64,000 bases of DNA. It comes from Octopus sinensis. Lineage: Eukaryota. Positions 13,981 to 27,205 of this stretch are shown in pieces. Below the pieces are notes generated by a model. The model made no database searches. It was not told where the DNA came from and saw only the letters and a list, made by a program, of their open reading frames with translations. The stretch lies in assembly GCF_006345805.1 (NCBI RefSeq), contig NC_043008.1, positions 45,818,001 to 45,882,000 of the forward strand. The letters run 5' to 3'. Both the position numbers and the translations under genes were made by a program. The first letter of the stretch is position 1. Every line of letters starts with the position of its first letter.

Positions 13981-15802
13981 GAAATAAAATAAAGAACATT
14001 ACTGATATCGAAATAAGATAAAACCCTTCCAAATTTTCTATTATTATATTCACTCGAAAGCGTCAAAATAATCATTTAAAGTTTATATGTATATATGATC
14101 AGTTTCATAGAATTGATATTTACTATCCTTAACAGGATTAAAAATTATTCTATGTTAAATATGAAACCGATCATTAATCCCACAGAAATTCAATTTAAAA
14201 TTATTGAATTCATTCATTAATTTTCTGCTATTTTAGGAACAATTATGTGGCCATAAATAATTATGCGCGTTTCCATTGACACGTACAATTTGTCATGATA
14301 CCTTAAAAATGGAATTTATAGATTTATGTGCTGAACTTTATATTCAACTCACATAAATCATTGGTTATTTCATAAGCAGTTTTGGAAATAATACTTTATA
14401 AGAATATTTTCTCTTCCGAAATTCATTCAGTGCTTCTTCGACAACATAAACATTTCGTGTTGTACAAAAATCCAATAAAATTTTCTGTCTTGTCAGTTTG
14501 GGAATTGAATTCCATAAATCTACCCAAATAGTTTGAGCAACTATAAATATAAATGTATTTATATATGCCATTGATAATATTTATTTAGCATGTTACGAGA
14601 AAACTGAATTGAATATCATTGTGGCCCTTGAACAGTTTCCCATCCAGTGTAAGACAAGTACCCTAATATTTTTCTCATATTTAAAGAAAGAAGTCGATTG
14701 CGTAAACCTTATTTCTATTAGAAAGACTAATTTCATTAAACAACAAGTTGAAGATGTAAAGAAAATTTGCAATTATTGAATGAATTTTGTACGGAAACGC
14801 ATGCAATTCTGTCACCTACAAACACGCAGGAGAAATAAATTCTTTCAACAGTTCTTTCTCGCTTTGCCTTAATTGGTTTTTCTCCACCTGATGGCCAAAA
14901 GTATTCTCCAAAACATAACGTTTTGTAAATCATTTAGACAAAACGACTTTCAGTGTAGCACCCTATAAATTACAATATACTAAAGCAGATATCGCTTTAT
15001 ATCTCAAATTAACCCGAACTATAAATCGAGTTATTTATACCGTATATAAAAAAAAGGAAAAATCCAAATACGATTTTGCGATTCGTTGAGTTTCTTGCTT
15101 AAAAATTTAGATGGAATTGCTGTTATATAAATAGATATCACTCAGAATAATTATTAACCCAGGCCTCATCACCTTTCATCCGCACGACCGCCTGACTAAA
15201 ACTAATAATTTTTCATTTGTAACATTCTGAAAAAGCTAACCTTCCTTCTACAAGAATTCTCGTCAGCTATATTTGGTGGATAAACTACATTTATTTGCCA
15301 CCCTTCAATGCCAGCTAATAACTGTCAGGGGTGTCCAGTCTGAAACAGGATTGACTTTACAATTCATACGCAGATTCACTTCTTCACTTTGATTTCATAG
15401 CATTCTATAACATTCTCAGCATCCAAAATAGCGAACTAATGCGGAGTATTTTCAAATAAAGTCTCCCAAATGTTATGTAACTTCTGCTAGGCTAAAACTA
15501 TAACATTTAGGCAAATAATTCCTACACAGATTTAAAAAGGAATTCACGAAATAAATAAAAGCAATAGAAGGAAGAAAATATTGTTAGGTGATATTATACA
15601 CATTTCTGAAAAGCTAGACAATGTTACATCTAGACACTGATGGACAGTTAAAAACCCTAAATCAAACCAATAATCTTCGTCTGTAATATTTTTTCATACT
15701 ATTTTCAGTTTTTATTTCTCAGACTGATTGAAAATACAGAAATTCGTAACAGCAAATTTTGTGGACCAAATTTTATGTTCTACTTAATATATTACTGTTT
15801 CT

Positions 15803-16182
15803 AAGAAGAGAATTAATGCATTCGAGCTTTGGTGTTGGAGAAGACTTTTACGCATTCCATGGACAGCGAGGCTCACCAATGGAGATGTTCTTAAGCAGAT
15901 CAGGCGGAAAATGTCGCTAGAAGCTAGGATCACCAAGCATAGATTGGCATATTTCGGTCATATTATGCGGAGAAAATCCCTGGAGAAGGACATCATGCTC
16001 GGAATGGTCAGTGGCAAGAGAGGAAGAGGCCGACCAAGAACCCGCTGGCTTGACACCATCAAGAGGGATACCAGAATGAACATAGCCAATCTGAAAGAAG
16101 CGGCCCAGGATAAAACTGACTGGAGGACACTGATCCAACGAGTAACCGAGAGTCGACTTCGACTGAGCGGATAGATAGATAG
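15803..16182 (+). mobile_element. RTE (BovB-like) LINE 3' end fragment
   Basis: KKRINAFELWCWRRLLRIPWTAR...LAYFGHIMRR.SLEKDIMLG...GRGRPRTRWLDTI...SRLRLSG*, followed by a short (ATAG)n tail. Confidence 0.9.
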
Positions 16183-16199
16183 CAGTGAAACAACAACAT

Positions 16200-19100
16200 T
16201 TTCCCTACATGACTGCATTTAGTTTTGACTAATTGTAATTATCCACAGTTAGAAATAGTCCGATAGCAATTGGAAAGTGTGTGTTGTATATTATCAGTTC
16301 ATGTTCCATTTTGTAAGTTTCTTCTGGATTATAGATGTATATTACAAAATATTGGCCGCCCCAAATATCAATACCGAAACTGTATGTAATACCGGGAATA
16401 ATACGCATGGGAACGACTTCCCTTTGCCTCATTCCTCCCCCCTCCCCCTTTGCCACCAGAGAAATAAAAGAAAATCAAAACTCTATCAATACAAGAGAAA
16501 AAAACTTGCGCCTCCACTGCCAGCTGCAGGTCCCACATCGCCACCACCATCACCGACATGAGTGACGCAAAAACATCGAAATCGACAGAAGCAAATCCAG
16601 TCGGAACGGTTTCGATTTCGTGCAAGAAACACGGCAAGTGAGTGATGATATATTTTTTAGATAAAAATTAGTTCAGGAATGCTAAATGCATGCTAAATAA
16701 ATGTGGCAGAAATGTAGCTCTAAACATTTCTAGAACTGTTCAGCATGAAATCGGTTTACGGACTGTTCTATATAAAACAAATTGCACGAGAAGTAGAAGA
16801 GTTTTTTCAGGTGACAACTTCAATTAGAGAAAAGCCTATGTCCGGTGTGGAAGAGTAAAACCTACGTGGCCAGGGGGAAGAATTATGGGACTGTCGAGGT
16901 AAGGTTCAAATCAAAGGAGGAAGCAAAAATTACTGGAGAGCTACCGTGAAAAGTGAATAGTAGTGCTTTTAGACTGGTTGCTGTCGATGTCCAGACGGGG
17001 ACGGGGCAGCTAGAAATTTTCAAAAACCTGGAGGTTTTCCTGGGAACGTCTCGCTCATAAATATTAGTGGGTGATTTGAACGCTATTTTGTATGCACGCC
17101 TGGTCCAGTGGGGTGTAACCGATAGCAGAGGCGGCTGCAAAAGCCTCGTAAACTTGTACAGTCACTTCCAACAGGTTGACATGTACAGACAGGATTTCTT
17201 GGATACGCCAATAAGGACTTGGGCAACTCGCATCGGATCATCACGGTCATATTTATATAGGTTGTTCTGTAGGCCAATAGATAAGAATAGCATAGGGTGT
17301 CCACAATTTAAAGTTGCCGTCAACGCAAACCACAATTTTGTGATCTGTACGGTCGATCTAGATAGGCTTCAGAGGCAGGGCCCCGGATACTAGAAGCTAA
17401 ACATGTCCTTCCGTCGCTTTTAGAAACCGGCTTAGCAAATTCATTCATCGAAAGTTGATGGGTGATGTCGTCAACAACCGATGATGGGTGGCGTTAAAAA
17501 GTACGATTAAAGTAGAAGTGTTAGGGTCTAGCAAGGACATAGCAATAGAGGAGACTAGAGTAAATTGTGACCTACTTAGGAAATTAGAAGAAGCACTTAA
17601 TAAAAGCAAAGCGATAGACGAGCTGGCGGCAAGATTGGCACTTATGATAGCCGAAGATGTTTGAGAGGCGATGTCTCGCTTACAAGAGACAGGTCCCCGG
17701 CTTTGGATTGTCTGCCCTTCGAGCTTTATACTCATATGCCAGAATTCTTCAGTTAGCTTTTGGAGGATATTGGTGACAGACTAGTGGGTGCAGCGCAGAC
17801 TTGCGCTATCCCCAACAGATCTATCCACAACTTCCACCTAACACGATATATCATAGAGAGGGCTGGTAAAGAACCTTGCATGAGTGGAGCCCTAATCAAT
17901 TCGGATTAATCGAAAGGTTTTGGTAGGGTCGAGCATCGATACGCCGTGGTTGGCCTGAAGGCGGCTGGTTTGGGTCCCATTTTCAGAGGCTGGATCGCTG
18001 CAATATATAGGGACATCTGTTCGTCAAGGATGCCAACCCTCACCACTTCTGTCCATACTGGCTCTGGAGCCATTACTGCGGAGGCTGGATTTTACGAGAA
18101 ACATCCTGAATGATTTAGGTTGCATCGGTATTTTATTACCGCCTAATCGTTCTTCCTTGCCCTGTTTCGTGTTTGTGTAAGCTGGAGAGTTTACTCTTCC
18201 ACTCTCTGTGGAAAGGACTGGTCCCGCTTGTCAAATGGTCCATTTGCCATCCGCATCCGCTGCGTTGAGATCTGGAAATGCTGTAGCTAATGATGCGCAG
18301 GCACGCGCTGAGGCTGCGATATCTCTATCGATACCTTTCCACTGTTCGTCTCTTTGACGGAGCGACAGTCCTGATTGAAATGTACACCGAGAGAGGGTGC
18401 TTGGTACTTATTGTGTCTCCAAATGTTTATAGCCTCCAACCAGTCAGGCAATGCGGTCGGTGTAAACTCCAGTGGGCGGGGGGGGGCACGATTGACGACG
18501 TACTGGGCGAATCTTTGTCATTGCGAACGATCAGTTGGCTGGTCCATTCCGAGGAACGTATGAGCCGGGGCCCATGGATGATTTCTGGCCTGACAGGGAG
18601 CTCTGCAGGTTCGATACAAGCTCTACAGGCATGGGATCCGCGCAGAGCGGTGAAACCGTCCTGCACGCACTAATAATTGCTGACATGTGAAGCTTTGTCG
18701 AAGTGCAGTTGTTGCATGTGGGATGGATCCTACTATCGTCTGAGACCATCGTGAAGATCGCTCCACCATCTTCCATTGGCCGAGATGGTCAGTAAGTTTT
18801 TCTCTGTCTGGTGGCTTTGTTGAAAGATGTGTGTGGACGCGTCTGAAAAGGTTAAAGATAGGCACTTTCCTCTTCCGCCAAAGTCTCATTAACTTTCTCA
18901 GGTTCCGCTTGAAAAGGAACCTGAAGATCGAGAGGAAGGTGCTGTCACCCAGGAAATTCGTCGAAAGGTGGTGAATGTGGTGAGGATGTCCCATGTGAAG
19001 GGGCCTACAATTAGTATGCACTTGTAGCCTGAGGAGGGTGAAGAGAAGAGGAGTGCTTTCCTGAAGTGCACTGGGTGATTGGGGTGTCCATGATGTGTAG

Positions 19101-19280
19101 GTTTTCTTGGATGATCCTCTTCCGATTTCCTCCTTTTCGGGAATTTAATTGCTTGAATTATATTGTTAATTGTTTTTGTTTATTTACTGTTTTCACGCAT
19201 CGTCTAAACCCCGCCTCCCTTGTTTGTTTTGTGTAATGTCCTTTTGTTTTTTGTGTGGGCCCTTGTGGCCAATAAAGAAA
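16200..19280 (+). mobile_element. Decayed Tx1-like (L1 clade) LINE, copy 1: ORF1 5' part, endonuclease C-terminal part, RT and 3' UTR, with internal deletions
   Basis: Endonuclease-like ILVGDLNAIL...TWATRIGSSRSYL(Y)R, RT-region remnants, and 3' end gggcccttgtggccaataaagaaa. Homologous to 36441-40970 (-). The 5' boundary is approximate. Confidence 0.8.
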
Positions 19281-19319
19281 ATATTAGTATTAGTAGTAGT
19301 AGCAGTAGTAGTAGTATTA

Positions 19320-19752
19320 GGACAGCGAGCTGTCAGAATCATTTGCGCGCTGGACAAAATGCTTAGTGGTATTTCGCATGTCGGTCCATTTTGAGTTCAA
19401 ATTCTGCCGTGGTCGATGTTGCCTTTCATCCTTTCGGAGTCGATAAATTAAGTTCTAGTGAAACGCTAGGCTTGATGTAATCGACTAGCTCCAGCGACTC
19501 TTGTAGCGAAATTTGAAACCATTATTGTTATTATTAGGGCAGCACTCTGTCAGAATCGTTATCATGCTAAACGAAATGCTTGGCAGTATTTCGTCCGTTG
19601 CTAGATTCTGAGATCAAATTACGCTGAGGTTGACTTTGCTTTTCATCCATTTCGGGATCGATAAAAAAAGTACCGGTTGAACACCGCGCTCGATGTAATC
19701 GACTAATCCTCTCCCCATCAAAATTGCTGCCCTTGTGACAAAATTTGAAACC
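19320..19752 (+). mobile_element. Two head-to-tail tRNA-derived SINE copies (about 19320-19520 and 19536-19752)
   Basis: Both align to the intact SINE at 24661-24893 (A-box-like start, gagttcaaat B box, cctttcatcc core). Confidence 0.85.
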
Positions 19753-19789
19753 AATATTATAAACATTATTATCATCATCATCATCATCA

Positions 19790-22070
19790 TAGACGTCGCA
19801 CAGTATATAAAATCGTGAGGTTGTTGATTGAAGATATTGTGTCTGCCGGGGGTTTGTGTGTTTGTCAAGTCACAACAAGGACTTGAGACAGACAACACTT
19901 TACGAAATATGCGTGCAGTTCCGAGCAATGCTGACTTTTGCAATAATCCTAGATTCTAGAGCTTTCAGATGTTTTTTCAGATTGGGTGGTATTGAACCCA
20001 GTGCTCCGATGACAATAGGGATAACTTTTATGTTTGACTCTCGTAGCTGACACATCTAAGCGATCTCAATTCTCTGGTCTCCATATTTATCAACCTTTTC
20101 TCTTTCTTTCATGATGATGTGTGGATCACCTGGCACTGCCGCGTCAATTATTAGGCACTCGTTTTTCTCCCTCCTAAAGCTTACTATATCAAGCCATCGG
20201 TGATCTAATACCTTGTCTGTCTGGAAGTCAAAGTCACAAAGGATGTTTGCCTTCCCCTTTTCATCCATTACATTTTCCGGTGCATGTTGGTACCAAGCAC
20301 CCATAATCTCATATTCGTACTAACGACATAGTAGGCAGTGGAGATTTGGAGCTGCCTTGCGTTTGCTCTTGTACTATTTCTGCGCAAAGCTTTCACAAGC
20401 ACTAACAATGTGGGTCACGCTTTCGATCCTCTTCCCATTCTGCAGAGGTCCGTTGCACTTGTGTGGCATAGATTCTTTTTCACTGAGTTGCTATTCAATG
20501 CCTGGCCTGTGCAGCGATGATTAGGCTTTCAGTATTCCCTTTTAGGTCACCCTTGTTAAGACACCTGCATGACGCCTAATTTGTTGGTTTCACGGTGAAA
20601 CGTACCATCTAATTTCATGCAGAGTAGGGTTTCTTCTCTCTCGTTGGCTCTCCTTAATTGGAATTCATGAGCAATCTCGAGTCCATTCTCGTTAAATCCT
20701 TCTTCAATAACAGCATAGTGTAGCAGATCTTGTTTTCAGTTTACCAAATTTTCTGCCATGTTTCTTCTTTCCTTGTTGATTCACTCTCGTACGCTAATCA
20801 CTCCACGTCCACCTTTACCTCTCTTCATGTAGATCCTGTGTGCATTCGTCTTAGGGTGGAGGGAACCATACATTGTCATTGTCTTTCGGGTAGAGCGATC
20901 AAGTAGGTCAATCTCCGCTTGTGGCCATCTCAGAATGGGTGCACTATAGCGAACTGCAGCAGCCACCCTAATGTTGATGGCAGTCACAAGGTTCCTTGAG
21001 TTGACCTTTGATTTCAAGAGAAGTTTCAGGCACTTGAAATATGCAGTGATGATCTTGTCTTTAATTTCTCTGTGCAAGATATTGTCCAACTACTGGATCC
21101 CAAGGAACTTGTAGCCATCACCATCTGGGTTTTCCATTCTCTCTCCGTTTGACAGCTCTATGCCCCTATGATTTACTCTTTTCCCTGCTTCAAAGTAAGC
21201 CCGCACACTTCGAGACACGGAATTCCGTCCCTAGATCCTTGCTGCACATTTACACAGTCTCGACCAGCCTCTCCATTTCAGGCTCTGTTTTAGCGAACAG
21301 TTTTAAATTCTCCATGAAGAGAAGGTGGTCGAGACGAGGTTCATTCTTTCTCAGATCATAGTCGTGACTTTGCGTAGGACTGCGGAAAGTGTGAACAGAG
21401 CCATAAACAAATGACAGAGGTGAAGAAGAGTCTGCTTGTAAGATACTTCTTATGACTGTTACCTCGGCTAGCTGCTGATTGTTACAGGGAAGACGTATTT
21501 TCCAACTACGTATGCTGTTCTTAATCAATGTACACACCTTCTCAGCTTTTCCACAAATGTCGAGTGTTTCCAAAATACACGAATATGGCAACATGTCAAA
21601 AGCCTTTTTGAATTCTGTACAAGCCATGCATAAATTTTGTTCTGGTACAATTTACAGTCCTTCATTATAACTTAGCCTATCAGAAGGTGGTTCTTGGTGC
21701 TCTTGGATCCTTTTCGGCATCATTTTTGTTGTACTGGCAGTAGATTGTCTTCCGTAAGGAACGTAGATATTTTCCCAGCGAGGATACCTGTTAAAATTTT
21801 CCATAGGAGGTTAAGACAAGCAATGGGTTGGTAATTGCCAACCTCATTGCTCTTTGACCGACCTTTCATAAACAATGCTAGTTTCCCCTCTACCATCCAT
21901 TCTGGAACTGCAACGCTCTGTAGGCAATTGTCTAATTGCAACGCAATTCTCTTGTGTGTTGACCTTAACTACTTGAGCCAGTAGACTTGAATTCCGTGTG
22001 GTCCTGCCGTTCTTCAGTTTGGCAGTTTGACATCTTCTAACTGTTCAAACTTAATTTCACTCTGATCAAG
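19790..22070 (-). mobile_element. Decayed R4/Dong-clade non-LTR retrotransposon (RT plus restriction-like endonuclease)
   Basis: NYQPIACLNLLWK, FKKAFDMLP, HLLFMENLKLFAK, RGKGGRGVIS, DF.FQTDK.LDHR..DIV...LIIDAAVPGD, QKSALLGTARIFRKVL; (ATC/ATT)n at the 3' end. Confidence 0.9.
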
Positions 22071-22959
22071 CTGATCAGTAATAAAAAGGTGATTTAGAGG
22101 TATTCAAGCTTTATTTTCAGTCATTTTATTAACATTATCTCATCTTATTTTGTTTTTTCTTTAAGATATTATTGTGGTATTCAATTAATGTTTAGATGTT
22201 ATTTATTGTTGATCAAGTGCAAAGATTAGAGAATTTCTCTTCGGCTTCAAATTGTGGTCATTTGTTTTGTGGTCTTGTACATATTGCGCCTTTGCGATAT
22301 TGCTGAAGAAATTTATGCCTCTATATACATATTCCAGGTTGTCATATCTAGATTGCTTTTCGAAGCTAAAGTGTAAAAAATCTTATCATTTTACAGTGTT
22401 GCTATTGCTTAGAGCTGTGGTAAATAGCGACTTCAAACACAGTTAACTTTAATCGTGGCCTTTGCTACCATGTGATGTGTTTATTCAGTTTAGTCACGGT
22501 GTAATGGCATAGGAAATATTGTAAAGGAGGCGGACGAATTATTTTACATGCCTATTGTTTCTATCGGCCATTCTCGATAGACTTATGTACCCTGAATATT
22601 ATGTAAGCAATAATTGCTTAGATCAGAAATGCTGAGCTAAATCTGAATTGAGATCTACAAATTAACGTCAACTGACGCATACCTCCAATGATGGATGCAA
22701 GTAGAGACTTTTCTTGCCAATAAATAAGCAGAATCATCATGGTTGGTGCTAACGGTGAATGTTCGAAATGTCCGACAATCGGAGCAGTCGACTTAGTTTA
22801 GCACTAAGTGACAGAGTATTCTACATATGTGGGCATAGTTATCCTGATTCTTACTGTTGTCAGAGTAACGACGCTAAAGCACGCAGAGTGAAGCCGCATC
22901 GTACTGAGTGACCTTGAACTCTGCTGTGCATGCGCACTTAATTTTAATGTTCTAGCTCA

Positions 22960-23360
22960 CTTGCGCTGTATACAGCTTGCTTGGGAGCAGGTGTATAGCG
23001 TGTGATCGTCACATTGATCATGACAGAGAAATTTGTCATGGTGATACGTGCTCAGAGGCCAGCTCAAAGTTTCAGAAAGTGTACGGAGAGCAGTGTATGA
23101 GCCGAACACAAGTGTACAAGTGGTTCAGACGTTTACAAGATTACCGGACAAATGTCGATAATGACGAACGTTCTCAGAGACCCGCAACCAGCGGAACTGA
23201 GAAAAATATCGCAGATATGCTTGTAGTTGCGAGCGGAAGATGTGCCAATTAGTTACCGTTCGGTTCAGTCCATTATCACTGAAGATTTGGGTATGAGACG
23301 CGTGTCTGGCAAGTTTGTGCCAAAACTGTTTTCAGCTGACCAAAACGACACTCACATTGC
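22960..23360 (+). mobile_element. Mariner transposase N-terminal fragment
   Basis: GDTCSEA...VYGEQCMSRTQVYKWFRR...DERSQRPATS, then IITEDLGMRRVSGKFVPKL (WVPHEL-equivalent motif). Confidence 0.85.
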
Positions 23361-23816
23361 ACAAGATCTTGATTTTTGATGAAAACGTTTTGAAAAATTT
23401 GCGTAGGCCTCTAAGCAGGTATCACCAAGCTTTTGGCGAAATTTGATGCAGATCTCTATTCAACCTTTTCTTTGCATAATTATTCATGACATAACTCCTT
23501 TGAAGGGAATTGCCTCCGTGATATCCACCATACCATATCACAGCGAATTGATGAAAAATAAGAAAATGATTTGCCTTTATTTAAATCACTTTGAGATGTT
23601 AAATGAAAGACTCCAAACAAGGAATAACGCATCTATGTATATATTCATATACATGTATATAAATGTGTGTATGTGCATGTATATATATATATATATGTGT
23701 GTGTGTGTGCGTGTTTGTATATATATATATATATATATATTTATGTATATATATATATTTATAGATGCACATATAATATATATATATATACATCTATCTA
23801 TCTATCTATCTATCTT

Positions 23817-23863
<47 letters not shown>

Positions 23864-24660
23864 GTTGTCTGTCTGTCACTTTATCTAAATGTATTTGGGT
23901 GAGTGAGTGTCTGTCTGCATACAGCAAGTACGCTTCACGTACAAACGTAAACTAGAACGTAATGCTATGTTGTTTCATTGATAAGATTTAACTAAAAGGA
24001 AAAACAAATCCTGACAGGAAAGACAAAGTGAAAGTAGAAAACAATGGCGGGAGAAATCTGAGAGATTATAAATAAACATCTAAGCTAAATTCTATTTTAG
24101 TAAGAGTATCAGTATTGATATTGACAGAATAGGATTTATGATTCTGGCGACCCAACGCATACATCCAAGCGCCATACATATTCTTCGACACTCATAATGA
24201 CTAAGAGAAGTTATATATAGAGATGTATTTGTGTGTAGCATGCTCTAAGTTACATTGTCATAATCACGCAAGCATACACACACACTAACACACACATAGA
24301 CACACATGCACACACAACCATATTTCTAAATCTATGTCATACAGTACGTTATGACTGGTATCAGAAGGCGAATATCCATAACCAAAAGCGAATTAATAAA
24401 TTACTGCAGCAATAATAGTGTAGTGTTTAAATGCGAAGCTATAAAACATAATATATCAACAAGTTTTAGCCCAAACTGTGAGCATAGACTGGAGTAAGCC
24501 TCCTGTGTCTACGTGCAATATGTTCGAAGGGAGAAACAGAAAGGTCAGCCAGACGGATTCAATTCTCTATAGGGTTATTTCGGCAACTGTTTACTTTCTC
24601 TATTTGTTTATGACGAAACTAACTACATATGCACTAACGGTATAACTTAGGTATAACTTT

Positions 24661-24893
24661 AGGCGGCGAGCTGGCAGAAACGTTAGCACGCTGGGCGAAG
24701 TGCGTAGCCGTATTTCGTCTGCCGTTACGTTCTGAGTTCAAATCCCGCCGAGGTCGACTTTGCCTTTCATCCTTTCAGGGTCGATTAAATAAGTACCAGT
24801 TACGCACTGGGGTCGATGTAATCGACTTAATCCGTTTGTCTGTCCTAGTTTGTCCTCTCTGTGTTTAGCCCCTTGTGGGTAGTAAAGAAATAG
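24661..24893 (+). mobile_element. Full-length tRNA-derived SINE with target-site duplication
   Basis: A-box-like GCTGGCAGAAACGTTAG and B box GAGTTCAAATCC; flanked by taggtataactt at 24648-24659 and 24891-24902. Confidence 0.92.
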
Positions 24894-27069
24894 GTATAAC
24901 TTAGATTTGCATATGCAATGCATTTTTGCAGTTTTTGTGACTAATAAAATGATTGTCCGATTATTACATTTTGTTTCAATGTTGTAGAGAATAGTCCTGT
25001 ATAATGGCTAGCAAAGTACGCAATAGTCACCAGCAGACGATAACATGAAGCTGGGAAAAAACATCAACTTGCTTTGCTGAAAAAAAACGAGGATGTTTGA
25101 GACCACCACATAACTAAAAAGAAAAAACTGCAAACCTATATTTCTAAGTGAATGATATCAGGGATTGGATGGTGGATGTCAGCGAGATGGTGGCTAAAAG
25201 GAAAACTTTTATGAATGGAATCACTGTATTACAATACGTATTCTATTATCGTAGCCTGGCACAAAATTGAAAACTATCTGCGTTACTCTGGACTAATATC
25301 ACATTATAACATCCGAAATACTTAAAATGACAATGATGTTGTGACACTGAAGGGCAACACCTAACTGGAATATGGTCATGTGTAACATTCCATACCATTC
25401 AAACAAGACCATCCAGCATCACCAATGACCGTGAACCATCTTTAATGCTATTCAGTGAGGAAAGAAGCCTCCTTCAAGAATACTTTGCTGGATCTTAGAG
25501 TGCGATCCTACGATTACTAAATAAAGTTCATACAATAGATAGTAAAATCCACTAAATATACCATTTATTTAACTAGGAGTACCAACGCAGCATGATGGCT
25601 AGTTTGAATTTGTGTACATGAGTGTGTGTTTATTCCGGTTTATATACGTTTATCTTATATATACTACTGGCTTGCTTGTACAAGTTTATTCCAGAATGTA
25701 TAAGACTATTAAGTCTTATTAATACATTTCATTTTGTTCGCATTTCATGAAGTGATAATTGATACGCTTGAATTAATTTGTAAAATATTTTTAAAGTGAT
25801 ATGGGAAGGAATTGGCTGTCATTTCCGTCCATTTACAGGGAAAATATAAAACATTTTCAAAGACATTTCCTTTTATCATAGAACCTATTAATTTATAAAA
25901 CAATTCATGCGTTGTATAAATATGAATCAGCCAACTCAGGGATTGAATTGCTATTAAAAATTAGAAAATTTGTATCCTGAAAAAATTAACGAACTATATC
26001 AGAATCGACAGGAATTTTGGTTTCCATTGATCAACGTAATATGGAAAGGTACTGGTTAGCGAAACTTAAAACTGGAAAGGAAAATATTTCAAAATAAGAA
26101 AATATAGATCAGAATTCGAAAAAGATGTTTAATAGCAAATTAAAAAGCCCCTTGACCAGTTGGTATTCATGATTTCTGGGTAAAAATATCTCTCAACTGT
26201 GCACAGACAAATACAACAAAAAGAGTACCAATCTGGATGGGGAAAGAAAGGATGTTGCTAATAAAGCAGGTCAAAAACAAACAAAAAGAGCCGTGTGGGG
26301 TTACGGAGGGGACAAGTCGGTAATTACGACACAGCACGACTATGTTTCTTTGGAGACGAGACAGAAGTTGCTCGGGATTGTAAGGGACATTTTATTGCGC
26401 CCTCCACTTCGCCCAATCTCGCGCATGTTTCGGTCTATTTTGAATCTGTATTCGGTTATATTGATCCAAGTGCACATTTGGTGGAGCTCTTTTTGTCAGG
26501 CCGCTTCCATATGAAATGCAAAAGAAGAAGAAAATCGTCAGTTGCAGGAATTAGAAAGAAAAGTACAGTTTCAACGCAGATTCGCGTCAACGTGAAGTGT
26601 TTTCTCCATTAAACGACCCAACATGCGATGGACAAAATGTTTGATTCCTGTAAAGAAAAGAGTCTGTATGTTGATGGCAACCGAGGATGCTGCAAGGGTA
26701 TCACTTTGCTCTGAAATGGCACGAATAATATAAAATAACTTTAGCTGTATCTCAAAATAAGTCCATAATCCTAGAAATATGATAGTGTTGTAAATGGAAT
26801 AGCGAAAATTATTTCGGGCAAATTAAAATTTGACGTTGAGAAGAATGATAGAAAAAATATTAGCCTAGAAAAAAGAAACAGCTCTGTAAAATCAATAATT
26901 CTATTTATTCTTATGAAGAATTTTCATTGTTCAGGAAGACATGTGAAATAGGCAATGACAAAGAATGTTTTATTTATTTGTGTGTTTTGTACATAGCGAA
27001 TCGATAAATGTACGTTTAGTTGATGAAGCGATGTGTCATTGTCGATAAACTAACCCAGCACGGATATAT

Positions 27070-27205
<136 letters not shown>

